Shown: positions 25,401 through 37,166 of the stretch, piece after piece
Layout: each line of letters opens with the position of its first letter
How positions within the stretch are numbered: the first letter of the stretch is position 1
Assembly (NCBI RefSeq): GCF_003704095.1
Contig: NW_020845049.1
Coordinates: 310,001 to 374,000, forward strand
DNA: 64,000 bases
Source: Pocillopora damicornis
Lineage: Eukaryota
Direction: 5' to 3'
Notes under the pieces: generated by a model
Database searches by the model: none
The model's input: only the letters and a program-made list of their open reading frames with translations
What the model was told of the DNA's origin: nothing
Program-made: the position numbers and the translations under genes

Positions 25401-28234
25401 AAGCTCGGGGTACTCATTCTTCGCAGATTCCAGACGCAGTGTAAGTTCCGAAACATTGCTGTTCAGTTTCTCTCTCTCGTTCTCGAGATTCTCCATTTTG
25501 CCTTTCGTCGACTCTAGCTCGGCTGTGACTGTCCGTATGGTAGTCTTCAACTCGTTCACTTCAGTTTCATACTTTTCCAAAAACGTTTTTTTCTCCTCTT
25601 CGAGACTTTCAGCTTTTTTAATGTAAATGTTAACTTCCTCTTGGAGAGTTTTTATTTCCCCATCTTCCATCTCCTCGTACGTTTTCTTCATATTAGCCAG
25701 TTGGGCTTCGTAGTTTTCCATCAAGGACTTCTTACCATCCTGTAATTCCTGCAGCTTGTTCTTGTATAGCTCAAGTTCACTTTTAAGGGTGACCAAGTAC
25801 TGTCCCTCGATTCCTTTATCATCCTTGTAGCGTCCTTCCACCTCGTTCATCTTACTCTGCAACTCTGACAGATCGCGTTCATACTTTTCAGAAAGCGACT
25901 TATTTTCTTTTTCCAATTCCATACACTTATCTTTGTACGGCTGCAGTTCCTCTTTTACTTCGGAAAGCTGTCTCTCGAACTGTTCTTTCTGCTCTGCTTC
26001 AAACTGCATCTTCTCTTGCATAAGAACTTCTTTAGTCCTTTGTTGCACTTCATCCATTTGAACCATTATATCCGATACTTGTCGTTCGTATTTATCCTTT
26101 AGAGTCTTATTACTCTCCTCCAGCTCACATCTCGTCTTTCCAATGTCTTCCTCGTACAACCTTCTCCAATGTTGTTCACATTTGTTCAACTTCTCGTTCA
26201 GTTCACTTTGGTATCTCTCCTTTAGCTCGTTAGACTTTTTTTCCACTAAAGCCTTACATTGTCGTCGCATTTCCTCCTCTATCATCTTTAATTCCTCCTG
26301 CTTCTCGGTCCTAAACGCCTGCACTTGCGCCTCTACCGCATCCATTTGACGCTGATATTCGATAACTTTTTCCTTCTCGGTGCGTAACTCTTGTTCTAAG
26401 CTCTCCACTTTAGACCGACACTCCTCCTTGATTATCACAACTTGCTGTTCCGTGGTGTCTTGTTGGATGACAGATCTTCGGCGCTCTTCGGATAGCTCTC
26501 TTAATTTTCCCAAGAGCTCGGCAACCTCTTGAGAATGACTGTCCCTCAGGGCTTGAATCTGGTCCTCCATGTCGGCTGTCACTTGGTCAAGATCGTTTTG
26601 GTATTGGCTCTTCAACTGACGTTGCAAAGCTGCAATCTTCTCCTCATATTCGCCCTTTTGCCGCTCCAGTTGTTGTTCCCAGTCCTCTTCCATTTTAGCG
26701 AGACTGTCATCCAGTTCACCTTGGTACTCCTCGCTTAGTTTCTTAGCAACTTGTTCGATCTCTTGTTGATAATGGGCGTGAAGCTCAGTTCGAAGAGCTT
26801 CCATTCCGGAAGTGTCACTCTCTCCATTTTGACTCAGGACAATGACTGAGTTCACATTCGCGGAACCATCTTCCTCACGGTGTTCTTCCACTTCACCGTT
26901 AAACACTCCACCATTTGCGCTGGCACCGTTGTTGTTCCTTTCTGCGTCATTAAGTTTTTCTCGGCGTATCTTTTCCTTCAGTTCTTCTACTTCCGCGTTA
27001 GATTTTTCGAGCTGCGATATCATGTCGTCCATTTCTACTTGATGTTGATGCGTGAGGCGATCTTTCACCGCCATAATTTCAACGCGATACTTCGTCCGCT
27101 CCTCTTCAATGAGACTTTCTGTGTCGTTTTCCCGTTTTTGCAGCTTTGTCTTCAATTCTGCGATCTCTTTTAAGTGTTTACGACCAGATTCGCTGCTGTT
27201 CGAGTCTTCGCTACACTCTCCACCCGTACTCTCTTCATTTCTTTCTATCCTTGCTCGTAATTCCTCAAGTTCCTTCTCGTACTGCCCTCTGACCTCGTCG
27301 AGGCGCTCCTCGATAAGTTTCTCAAAATCAGTCTCCCCATTTTTTAAACGAACCCGAAGACTTTCCGTCTCTTCTTCGTGTTTGTCAAGTTCCTTTTCTA
27401 GCTCCATTTGTGCTTCGACAAGCTTCTTCTGCAGGTTACCGATGTGATAGTTTTTGTCCTCAATAGTGGACTGTAACTTGTGCATCTCTTTCTCGTATTC
27501 CGCTTTCAACTTAGAAGGGCTCTCAGGGTCTTTGGAGGCTGATGATTGATTCAAATGCTCCGAAAAGCTTGTGGACAACACCACTAGCTCCTGCGCGTGT
27601 TCAGCATTCAGCTCTTCAATTTGACGTTCAAGTGCTTGCACTTCTTGTCTTAACGTGTCCCTTTCCTCAACCACCTACATGATTGAAAAAAATACAACAT
27701 TTGAGACAAAGTTAGAACAAGATCACGCATTGAAGAAGTCCTAACGCTCTCCGTCTAAAGACACAGACTTAACAACAAAGAAAACCAGCAATGTCTAATA
27801 GACATATAGGTCTAAGGAGCTAAGAAATTTGTCTCGAGTATCTTACTGTGCGCCTTACTGAACATGAGCGAAGAGAAATTAGTCAAATACTCCAGAGTGA
27901 CATATCCATTAACGATGGCATTTTTGACTAAGGTATTGAGCACTTGCAAGCTTTAACCCAAATAATTGCCATATTTACAGGTTTGTTTTAGCTAGAAGGG
28001 GACAAGAGTCTTGTCAAATTTATCACTGTCAGACAGCTTCAAGCCATACTGGAAGTGACAACCATTTTAAATACACATATCCTGACATAATTGACCCACC
28101 TTTTCAAATCCTTTTAGTTTCAATTTTAATTTTGAAATCTTTTTCTCCATGTGTCGCTGTCCTGTAGACCCAGAAGACTCGCCAGATTGCTCCTCCTCAG
28201 TGGACATTAGTCCTCCACTGTCGCTGTCATCCAT
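19410..28234 (-). CDS. Very large coiled-coil protein, ~2799 aa (golgin/centrosomal/myosin-tail-like composition); coding exons 28234-28100 and 27674-19410
   Basis: ATG at 28234 gives 45 codons (MDDSDSGG...KGFEK), then donor GTGGGT. Acceptor atgtAG precedes 27674. An 8265-nt open frame follows, with E/K/L/Q heptads for ~2350 aa and an S/R/D-rich disordered tail. No orthologue recognised. Confidence 0.9.
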
Positions 28235-28299
28235 TTTGAGACACAATTGTCACTAAGAAACTAAATATGAAACCAAGAACTAGTCAGAAAAAGATATAC

Positions 28300-28590
28300 G
28301 TATAGGTAATAGCATGATTTTGAGTAAAATTTGGCCTGAATAAGCATGAGTAAATGTTTCAAAGACAATAAAATTGCATGAGCCCATAAGGCATGTGCAA
28401 CTTTGCAATTTTACACCAAATCACAAGAGAAATCATGTTATTGCTTGTTAATAATGTACATGAAAAAACACCATGGAAAGTCAAGACAGACGACATTTTG
28501 AAAACGTGTTACAACTATGCACTCACGTTATATGAGAATGCACTCCTTTTAAGCCAATCAGAAGCACATAAGTTCTTCATGTACATTATT
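28300..28590. repeat. Interspersed repeat, inverted relative of 14965-15180
   Basis: Direct sequence match, see 14965-15180. Confidence 0.8.
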
Positions 28591-31149
28591 GCAGGTGCAA
28601 CACATTACATAGACACAGGAAGAACATAAAGGTTATTTTTTAACTGCATGCAACCTAAGAGATAATACAATGGTGTTCTAACAAAAACTACAAAAAGGAT
28701 TGCTTAGATTTCTTCAGCCTAGAAAATTGACAATAAAATAACTCCATTCTCATTCACCAATACATTTGATTGAGACAAACACCCTGGTTCCACTTTAGCA
28801 AATGGTGATTTTAACCAACACCTTGAAGTACTAAAGTGAACTCACTCTCACCTTGTTGAGCAATACATTAATTACCAAAATGGACTTAATGGTTAATATT
28901 TTTTTAACTCTTGTGCTCTGTCATGAATCTCAGAGCTTCTGGCAGTCTTAAAATTACCTTCTCAAATCACTGAACACTAAATTGACATTATTTAAAAATT
29001 TGGAAATAACTCATTTGTTCACAAGGTTTTGAAGGATTTGGGGCCTATACATTTATGTGATCCATTTTGTCCAAATAACTGTTAAGGAAAAACACATGAT
29101 GGATTTTGATGAAGAACATTGGCTCTGGTTGTATTTACAAAACTACCAGAATCTTAATTTTGATACAATAATCAATAGGGGATTAATTCTTGGCTGCAAA
29201 AATTTTGGATCTTTATAACAGAAGACCAAAAAACTTACATGGGTAAGCTACTTAAACACTGTTTAGCAGACAAAAACAAACCAATTTTCCAACAAAACTG
29301 AAGTTAAATATATTGTGCTGGTATTTCTCTTAATATTAGTTATGTTTGATAACAACAATATATGTGAAAATTATCCAAAAATTAAAAATATTGGAAAATG
29401 TTTTCAAAGAATATGAACAGGCAACATATAATGATGTAACTAGGTTTTCTTATTTTGGAATTCAAATTTTATATAAAAAAAATCATTATTGAATGAATTC
29501 AAACTTCTCCCACACTTGATTGGTTTCTGTCAATTTGTTATAGAAAAATTTAGAAATTTCAGCCAACCAATATTTTGACGTAGTTAAGTTTGAATTCGCA
29601 ATATGATAAATAGGGCCATAAAATTTATTACATGTCTGTAAAGCTGTGATCTTTCATGTTTATGAAATAAATATTTAGGTGTTGCAAGCTTGGGTATTTT
29701 GTGTCATGAAACAAAATTTGAGCATGACAGGACTACAAATTTTATATCAAGGAAAGTAATATATATTTCGCCAAAATTTTGTGTGATAATTTTTAAAACA
29801 TTCTCTCTACTGATCCCCTACAAGTTGCCATTGTTATCAAACTTTAATGATCTTAAATGACTTCTCAGAAGAATTGACTTTACCGATTCAGTCAAGGTAA
29901 CGTTATTTGCATTTCAGAATGTTTACAGTATAACCCAGTTGCCATATTTAAAATATCAAACTATATAACTTTGTAAATATAAGTTAATACTTGAAAATGA
30001 GCCACCAGACAATGGCTTCATGTAAGTCTTCGCTTATTACGTGTTTATTAAATTTTCCTTTGCCGAGCACAGTCCACCTGCTGTAGGGAATTTAAACATA
30101 AATTTTCAAAAATTCTATCTTTTCCGAAAAATACGATTGCCAACGATCCAATATTGAAAGCCTGAAGTGTCATCATATATTGGATTTTTCCTTTTCTTCT
30201 TTCTATCGACAATGTGGCCAATTCCAATCTCAATTTCTAGAAAAAGAATAAAAATATTTCCATTCTCGATTTGTTATGCACCAACACAATTTAAATATTA
30301 GTCGAGTTACCGAACGAACACTCATATCTTTTTATTTTGTAGCGTGTTTAAGACCTGAAATTGCCCTCAAATTTAACCTCCGGCTGTAACAATATGAATC
30401 AATAATTTTGCGTGAACAAAAAATATCAAGGCCAAGAAATACATCGTTCCTTTTGGGAGTCCTGTAGCTAATTGTCACAACAGCACACCAATGATAGTCG
30501 GTCCAAAATGTCTTTGGGTAAAAATCAAAATACAATATGACGAAATATTTGCCGAACAGTGCGAATATTTTGTTGGTAATCGAAGAGTTACTTGGTTTAT
30601 AAAGTCGCAAAGCTGTACGGACAAACATTTAACAAGACCTTCTTGATGCTACTCTCAAAATTCAAATGTCACCAAGCTTGAAGCCATTAGAACGGAAGTG
30701 AATTAGCGAACTGGAAGCTAACAAATATTGAGATCAGATGTCCGAATTTTGAAAGTTTTTAACAAAAGTATTTGAGAAGAAGACAATTTGTGAAATGTCC
30801 ACACCATATAACTGTGCATAGCTTACCTCGATTAGTATAGAAGCGTGCTGTTGCACTTTTGAAAATGATTTAAAGATCGAGATCACATGGTTAGCATCGT
30901 AAAACTGAATAGATCCATGGATAGAGTAAGACCTTCTACAGCTTAATTCTCGATATTGTAACAGCAAAATTCAAACACATTTACGTAGGTCTACCTTTAA
31001 ATAAACTAAATTGCCCAAACCTTCGATCCAAAATGCAACACCTTGTTATTTTCCCAGCTGAAATGTAAACAACAACTGTAAGCTTGTTGGCAACTTCAGT
31101 TCGCGGCTTATTTCTCTTTGTTCTAGAACTTTAATCCTGTTTCAGAAGA

Positions 31150-31560
31150 ATCGTGACGACATCTTCGGCTTCCCTGGTGACGGTTTGTACAAAAGATTCG
31201 TCGATCGGGCGCGCAATTTTCGAAACCCAAACAAGTTTACTTTCCCAGGTCGGATTAATAGCGTTGACTCTTCGAAGACATGCCGGTTTGATCTCCAAAA
31301 TCGGAGCGCTCTCTTTTGAAATCCGCTGATACCCGAACCTTGAAAGTTCTAGGTTCAAATATCAAGGAAATGATGTAACGCTCTTGTAACTTAAATAGAA
31401 GAATATCACCATTAACATCAACCTACGCACCATAGCCTAAAGTGACGGTCACGGCGCACGCTGGCTTTCGCGAGTGTTGTGATCATGTATTGGCGAGTCA
31501 ATTAAGAATTGACCAATTGGAGCACAGTATTCGACCACCCAACCAACAGCTCTCTATTGT
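31150..31560 (-). promoter_or_regulatory. Candidate promoter/first-exon region of the coiled-coil gene
   Basis: CpG-rich patch with several CCAAT/ATTGG boxes, upstream of a CpG-poor intron-like block. An acceptor (tttcttAG, ~28254) just before the ATG implies an upstream non-coding exon. Confidence 0.4.
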
Positions 31561-33560
31561 CTGTGATATGAAGGTCTCTAAGTCATTTGCATTCTGTCGA
31601 TTTTCTGAAAAGAGAGTACTTGATCAAGTATCAGTCGAATGTCAAACAGATCTGACAGGAACGCTCTTTAGGTCCATTTGAGACTGCACGAAATAGAAAT
31701 AAAAAGTCAACATTGTACATTCTTGAAAAGCATAGGAAACATAGAAGCAACGCGGGCTGCCTGTCTTCCTACTTCATTCAATTGATCACTGAACAAACTG
31801 CATTTTTTTTCGCGGGATTTGGGTCCAACTCAAGAACAATATTTGCCATTTTACGATTTGCTTGTAGCTTAAGGATTAGTTTGCAAACTGTTTGATGCGA
31901 AATGATAGCATAAGTAACCGCATTCAAAGGCACAGATGTTGGGCAGTAATCCTTGGTGCAAATCTCATGCAAAAATGCCATGTTTATTTGAAACACAATT
32001 TGCCTCTTTCAACTTCCACAATGCCTTCTATTTTGCTCTCATACTTAACTTTCAGGCGTAAATTTATCAAATGTTGTGAAACAAAGAACAATAGAACAAC
32101 AAATTGTCGCCAACAGCGTGTATTGTTCACTTAATGCCTCACTAATCATGACAAAAATCTCATCTAGATGGGAACCATTACAAACGATACTTTCACAAAT
32201 GATGAATTCGCCGTAAAAGCGCCAATGCAAAAATAAAAAATATTAAAAAACAAGAGACAGCTCAAATGGAATTATTTATTTATTTTTTTGTTTTATGAAA
32301 TAAGCGTTTTCTAACTTAGCAGATTAAGTATTGATGCATTTTGTTGTGGACTAAAATGGCAGGGACTGGGGGAGTTAAAACTGGAAATGCACGAACTTTT
32401 AAGCAGCGAAGGAAAAGGGCATCATTTGCTTAGTAAGAACCTGCTGCTTTGCATGCAGACGTATTTTCGGCCAGTAAATGCACAGAGCTTCGGGAAGCCG
32501 CCATCTTGGACTGACAAAGTAGTGAGAAATATCCTGGTTAAGATAAAAGCAGTGAAGGATTCTCTTCATTTGGAGTTGTTAAACTTTTCTTGAGTTGCTT
32601 ACTGTTGCAAAAATGGTGGTGATGTTGAGAACAGACAGATTTCTCTCGCACTGTTCTGAGAGACTGTCACTATTTGACCAACAGCAGATTTCTATGTAAA
32701 CTGAGGTGCATGTATTCAACGTTTTCCCTAGTCTGGTTCCATGTAAAACGTGGAGAGAGGTTCACGAGGGATCTGGTACTTTCAGAACTGTCGCTGGCTG
32801 GCGTCGCTCAAGGCCTGGCAAGTACTCGCGGGTGAAGAAAGGCAGTTTTACTGAAGCTCTAATCATAAGGCCCTGCAAACTAGCTCTGTCAGCGGTCAGA
32901 AACTCTGACCGCCAACTCGCAATATTATTATGAAACCTGCAAGACGAGAACCACAACGCCGTGCATGAGCTAGATACAGACTGTACTTCTAAATCTGTAC
33001 TCCTCAGACGTGTCAGACGCGATTTGTAATTCCCACTTTCAAACTACCTGCTACCCAATTCTTTGGCAAATTTCAAAGAATTTGGTGTGTCTAAATGACG
33101 CCTTCTATCAAATAGGTCCGTTTATCTCTCACACTCCTCATCGGAATCGTCTTCTGTTGGAGGGAGAGGCCGCTGGCATGGTATATCCTTCCTGTATTTT
33201 TCTCGTGGCTGACAGGCTGAGAGCCAAGTTTCGCGGTAACACAATTTATGGCCGAAAGATTTCCGAAACAGAAGAAATAAATAGCTATACGCATGGAAAG
33301 GATAAATAAACCTTGAAACGAATTTTGTTGTCAGCGTCAGTCCCAGTCCTTCACACTGCTGCTCCGACCACGAGCCATGGCTTGAAAAGGTCAGCTTTTC
33401 AAAACTTTCTATTGCGGTTTATCCATCTTTGTCAACCAAGGTCTGATGACCAATTCTTACCCGCAGTGGTAGCGCAAGAGATTCTTTAGCCTAACCAATA
33501 ACTTTGTTCTTGAAAGTGTCTTTCACCTCCTCTGAGCCAGATTGGCTGGGGCCATGCCAG

Positions 33561-33773
33561 TTAACCCTTTCATTCCCAGATTTTATAAATAATTCTCCAT
33601 ACTGTCTCTCATAAAATTCTTATAATGTTCATTCAGAGAATTTGGTATCAGATCAACTATTGATCTCCTATGAACTATTTTCTCTATTCCCAATCACTTG
33701 CTGCATGACATTGTATTGATATTGTAAGGAAAAATTCTGTCTTGGTGACTCGTTCGAGCACGCCAAAGGTTAA
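33561..33773. mobile_element. TTAA MITE copy
   Basis: ttaacccttt ... aaaggttaa, with an interior matching 61233-61446. Confidence 0.82.
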
Positions 33774-34699
33774 GCGTGTGTTAGTAGTAAGATAGTAGCA
33801 AGGTTAAAATGTTATCTACTCTCTAATCAAAGTCCTTGATCGTTTTTCATTTCTTGTGATAAGCTAGGTTCGCTTACTTCGGGTAAGCGGCTTAATTGCA
33901 ACAACTCATTTGGTTTGTCCTTTGAAGGTGCAGTTGCAAACCTAGCTGCGCTGCATTGTCGTACTATTTAGACAAGAGCATGTGCAACCTATCCAGGAGA
34001 TCGGTAAATGCACGGCGTGCGTAGAAATATCAAGTCTTTCTAGGAATGAGAAAATTGCACGTCCACGAAAAATGGCTCCAAACTATATTTTTCCTATTTG
34101 GTAGGGGGTGTTCCCTTCAAATATGCCCGAGTGGTCTGACTCTTGCTCGGGTGGGGGCAAATATCAGCCAGTTTTGGACTGATGGCGCCTACTCCTGAAA
34201 AGTAATCAGTACAATTTGATATTTTGATAAAGCTATCAAATTGAATCTTACAATACCAGCCGTTTTGGTGTCATAATTAATTTTTCTTATATGTAAGTCT
34301 TCAGTTGAGTTCGTATCAGACCACTGTCCACAAGCTGCCCTCATTGTATTCAGAAAATACCACATGCTTACGCTAATCGTTTGCCTATAAAAAAAACATT
34401 GCATATTCATGTTTTATATAGTCGTGCAGATAGATAAACTCCACGATATAAATGGTATTGTTCCTCCTTTATGCAATATCCGGCCCCCGGGGGGGTATTC
34501 AGATAAACCTGTTCGTCAAGACACGTACCACGTGACAGAATCGAAAGGAGACGGCAAATAGACTGGTGTGTTTTGATGATGATGACCGAAATTCTTGTCA
34601 CAAAGGGGACTTCTAGCGAAAAATAGCTTCCCAGAAGATAAAGGTGAGTCAAATCGCAGCGTTTTATGCGAAGAAGTTTTACAAAATTTTGAAAATTGA

Positions 34700-35040
34700 G
34701 GATTTATGTCGAAAATTTGTGGACTATGGTTTGAAGGTACGTCCGTCGGCCTGTCGTGTCGCCTGTCAGATGGATAGACCACAGGGGTGTAATGTTTGAA
34801 ACACTTCAGCCGAAAGCCAAATTAACACACTTTTCGTCACTAAATCCTCGAAAAATAGGGACTCAGTAATGTTTTGAAATTCTTTGTGACTAACATGGCT
34901 TCATTCCCTACTTTTCGAGGTTAATGTCGTGATCCGACAGCAAATGAAAGCGAACCGGCAGATTATGATCTCCAGGACGCCATTTGTCCTCGAGCGGTGC
35001 GCGAGAGTTAAACATCTCCTCTGTTCCTGTTCATCCGTAT
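34700..35040 (+). promoter_or_regulatory. Candidate GREB1-like promoter/non-coding first exon
   Basis: CpG-rich patch with YY1-like cgccatttg and gcgcgag motifs. An acceptor at 37101-37102, before the first coding ATG, requires an upstream exon. Confidence 0.45.
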
Positions 35041-36563
35041 ATCTCAGATATTTTGGGGAAAAATTATGTTAAGGGAAAAAAATTAACAAAAACAAGTTTT
35101 TTAGTGGATACTATGGTCGAACTTCAAGATAACGTTGAGTCTTGAAGACCGGTCTTAAAGACCGCTTCAATGCATTATTCACGCACGTTACTAGCACGAT
35201 ATCGTTTAAATGTGAGGCCGAAGAAAAATATAAGATATTAGAAATCTATACAGCTTTGAAATATTATGCTTACGGAAAGACGTGGGTCTTGACCTTTTTG
35301 TGATTTGTGGGAATTTCCTGAAGAAATTTGAATCGTTAAGGAACAAAAATTATAAGCTTTTTCACGAAAGGACTGAAAAATTACCGAGTCGTTTAGAAGA
35401 AATAATTTTACTATTTTAATTGAGCCAGAATATAGCCCTTTTAATGCAGTTCTAACTAGTATTAACAATCTTAATTGGGCCACAAATGAGAAATTTATTG
35501 GTGTGTGAACAATCGTCAATTTTTATGAAGATTTAGCTTTACAGTTTTCAAGTTTATTCTTACTGATTCTTGCTGAAATTCTCATTTCCCTTTTTTTCTG
35601 TGCAGCAAGGTGTCTAACAATTTGTTGACTTTCATCATTGTTTTGTTTATAACCTCTTGAGTGCAAAGTGCAAGGCTGTTGTAATCATGAGATAGATATA
35701 AAAACTTCCTGTTTCTTCACCACAATTGTCTTCGATTTCCTGGCAGTCAGATATAATTATCGCTGTTAGACATGCTTGGTTGTGACATAAGATCTTAATT
35801 TTTTTATCGAAAGGTCACAGAAGAACTATTAATTCCAACGGTTAAAATCTCTATGTTACACAAAAATCTTACCTTATGAATTTTGCTCTCTATGAGGATT
35901 CCAAAGGTCATCAAACTAGTGAAAAAAAAAAATGCTTATTCTGCACTTATTTGCCTGCGTGAGTGACATCAAGGGTTTAATTCAGACAGTAAACCACTTG
36001 AATGCTCTCATGCTTTGATCAGGTGGCCAATTTTGACCTGTCCCTAAACCCCCTAACCCTAAATAGTTACTATTATTTAGTTCCTTTATGGAAGATTACT
36101 ACTGAATCAGTTATGAAGATAGTGATCACAAAGGAAATGAGGACCAGCTAAAAAAAGTTTTCACCCGTAAAACAAATTCTCCTTGTCAGTATTATAGGGA
36201 AATGTAAGGATTATAGTGAGGAGAATATACATGCCAATCTAAGGGTGTGATGATCAAAGAACTTAGGTGTATAGGCAGTGATAAGTATCCAACTTGTTTT
36301 TCATTCCTTGTTCTTGAGAGGTCACTTCACTTACTAGATCTGGAAGCTTATTTTTCCAACAATTTTTTGTTGGTGCAGGCTATGAATTGAGTTTACTTAA
36401 TGTCAATATTTCCTTGTTGACTTCTTTCTTTAATATATATATTTTGAAATCAAATAGCAGATGAATACTAGATTAATAAAATATCTGTATGGACTAAAAA
36501 GTCCTGAATTTTGCAGTTTCAATAAGTGGTAATTGAACTTTGTGTCGTGCAAATTTAGTAATT

Positions 36564-36793
36564 ATAGTAATAGGACTGATTGGAGTCGGATTCAATTTGA
36601 AATCTTGCCAGTGATAACAAAATTAGATGACTGCCCAGCTTATCACAATCGAGGATATTGGTTAATTTTTATGATTAATTTGAAAACATACTTGCAATTT
36701 CAAATCAAACCTGCAGTACACACTCATTTGATTTTGAAATATGGTATATGACTTCAGACCAAATTTCACTCCACCCAGTTCAATTACCATTAT
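36564..36793. mobile_element. MITE with ~25-bp imperfect TIRs
   Basis: atagtaataggactgattggagt ... actccacccagttcaattaccattat. Confidence 0.6.
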
Positions 36794-37166
36794 TTATTTG
36801 CATCACCAGTCTACTTGAAAGTCTGTTATAATTATGGTAACAATTATATAGCTCTCTTGCTCTTTTAGCAAAAATTTTTTATATACATGTAAGTACCCAG
36901 GTGTTTTTTTTAGGAAATGTGGTATTTGGTGATAAAGGGTGCCGTGAAAGAAGGTATTATGATAGTGTAGTCCTTGTTTCACAAATTAGTGTTTCCACAA
37001 GGGAGTTATTGCTGCCTATGATTTACTAAGTAACTTTACAAATATACAGTAGAGATTATTTTTTTATTATTTGACGTAACTATAACAAATTTCTTTTTTC
37101 AGTAAGAGCTTGATGAGATAAAAGTCTATAAAGTTTTCCTGTTAGGGACGAGCATGGGCCTTAAGC

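Noticed and set aside
19482-27447. Many plus-strand ORFs of 60-131 aa rich in S, F and L
   Set aside because: They are antisense shadows of the E/K-rich coiled-coil exon, with no independent coding signal.
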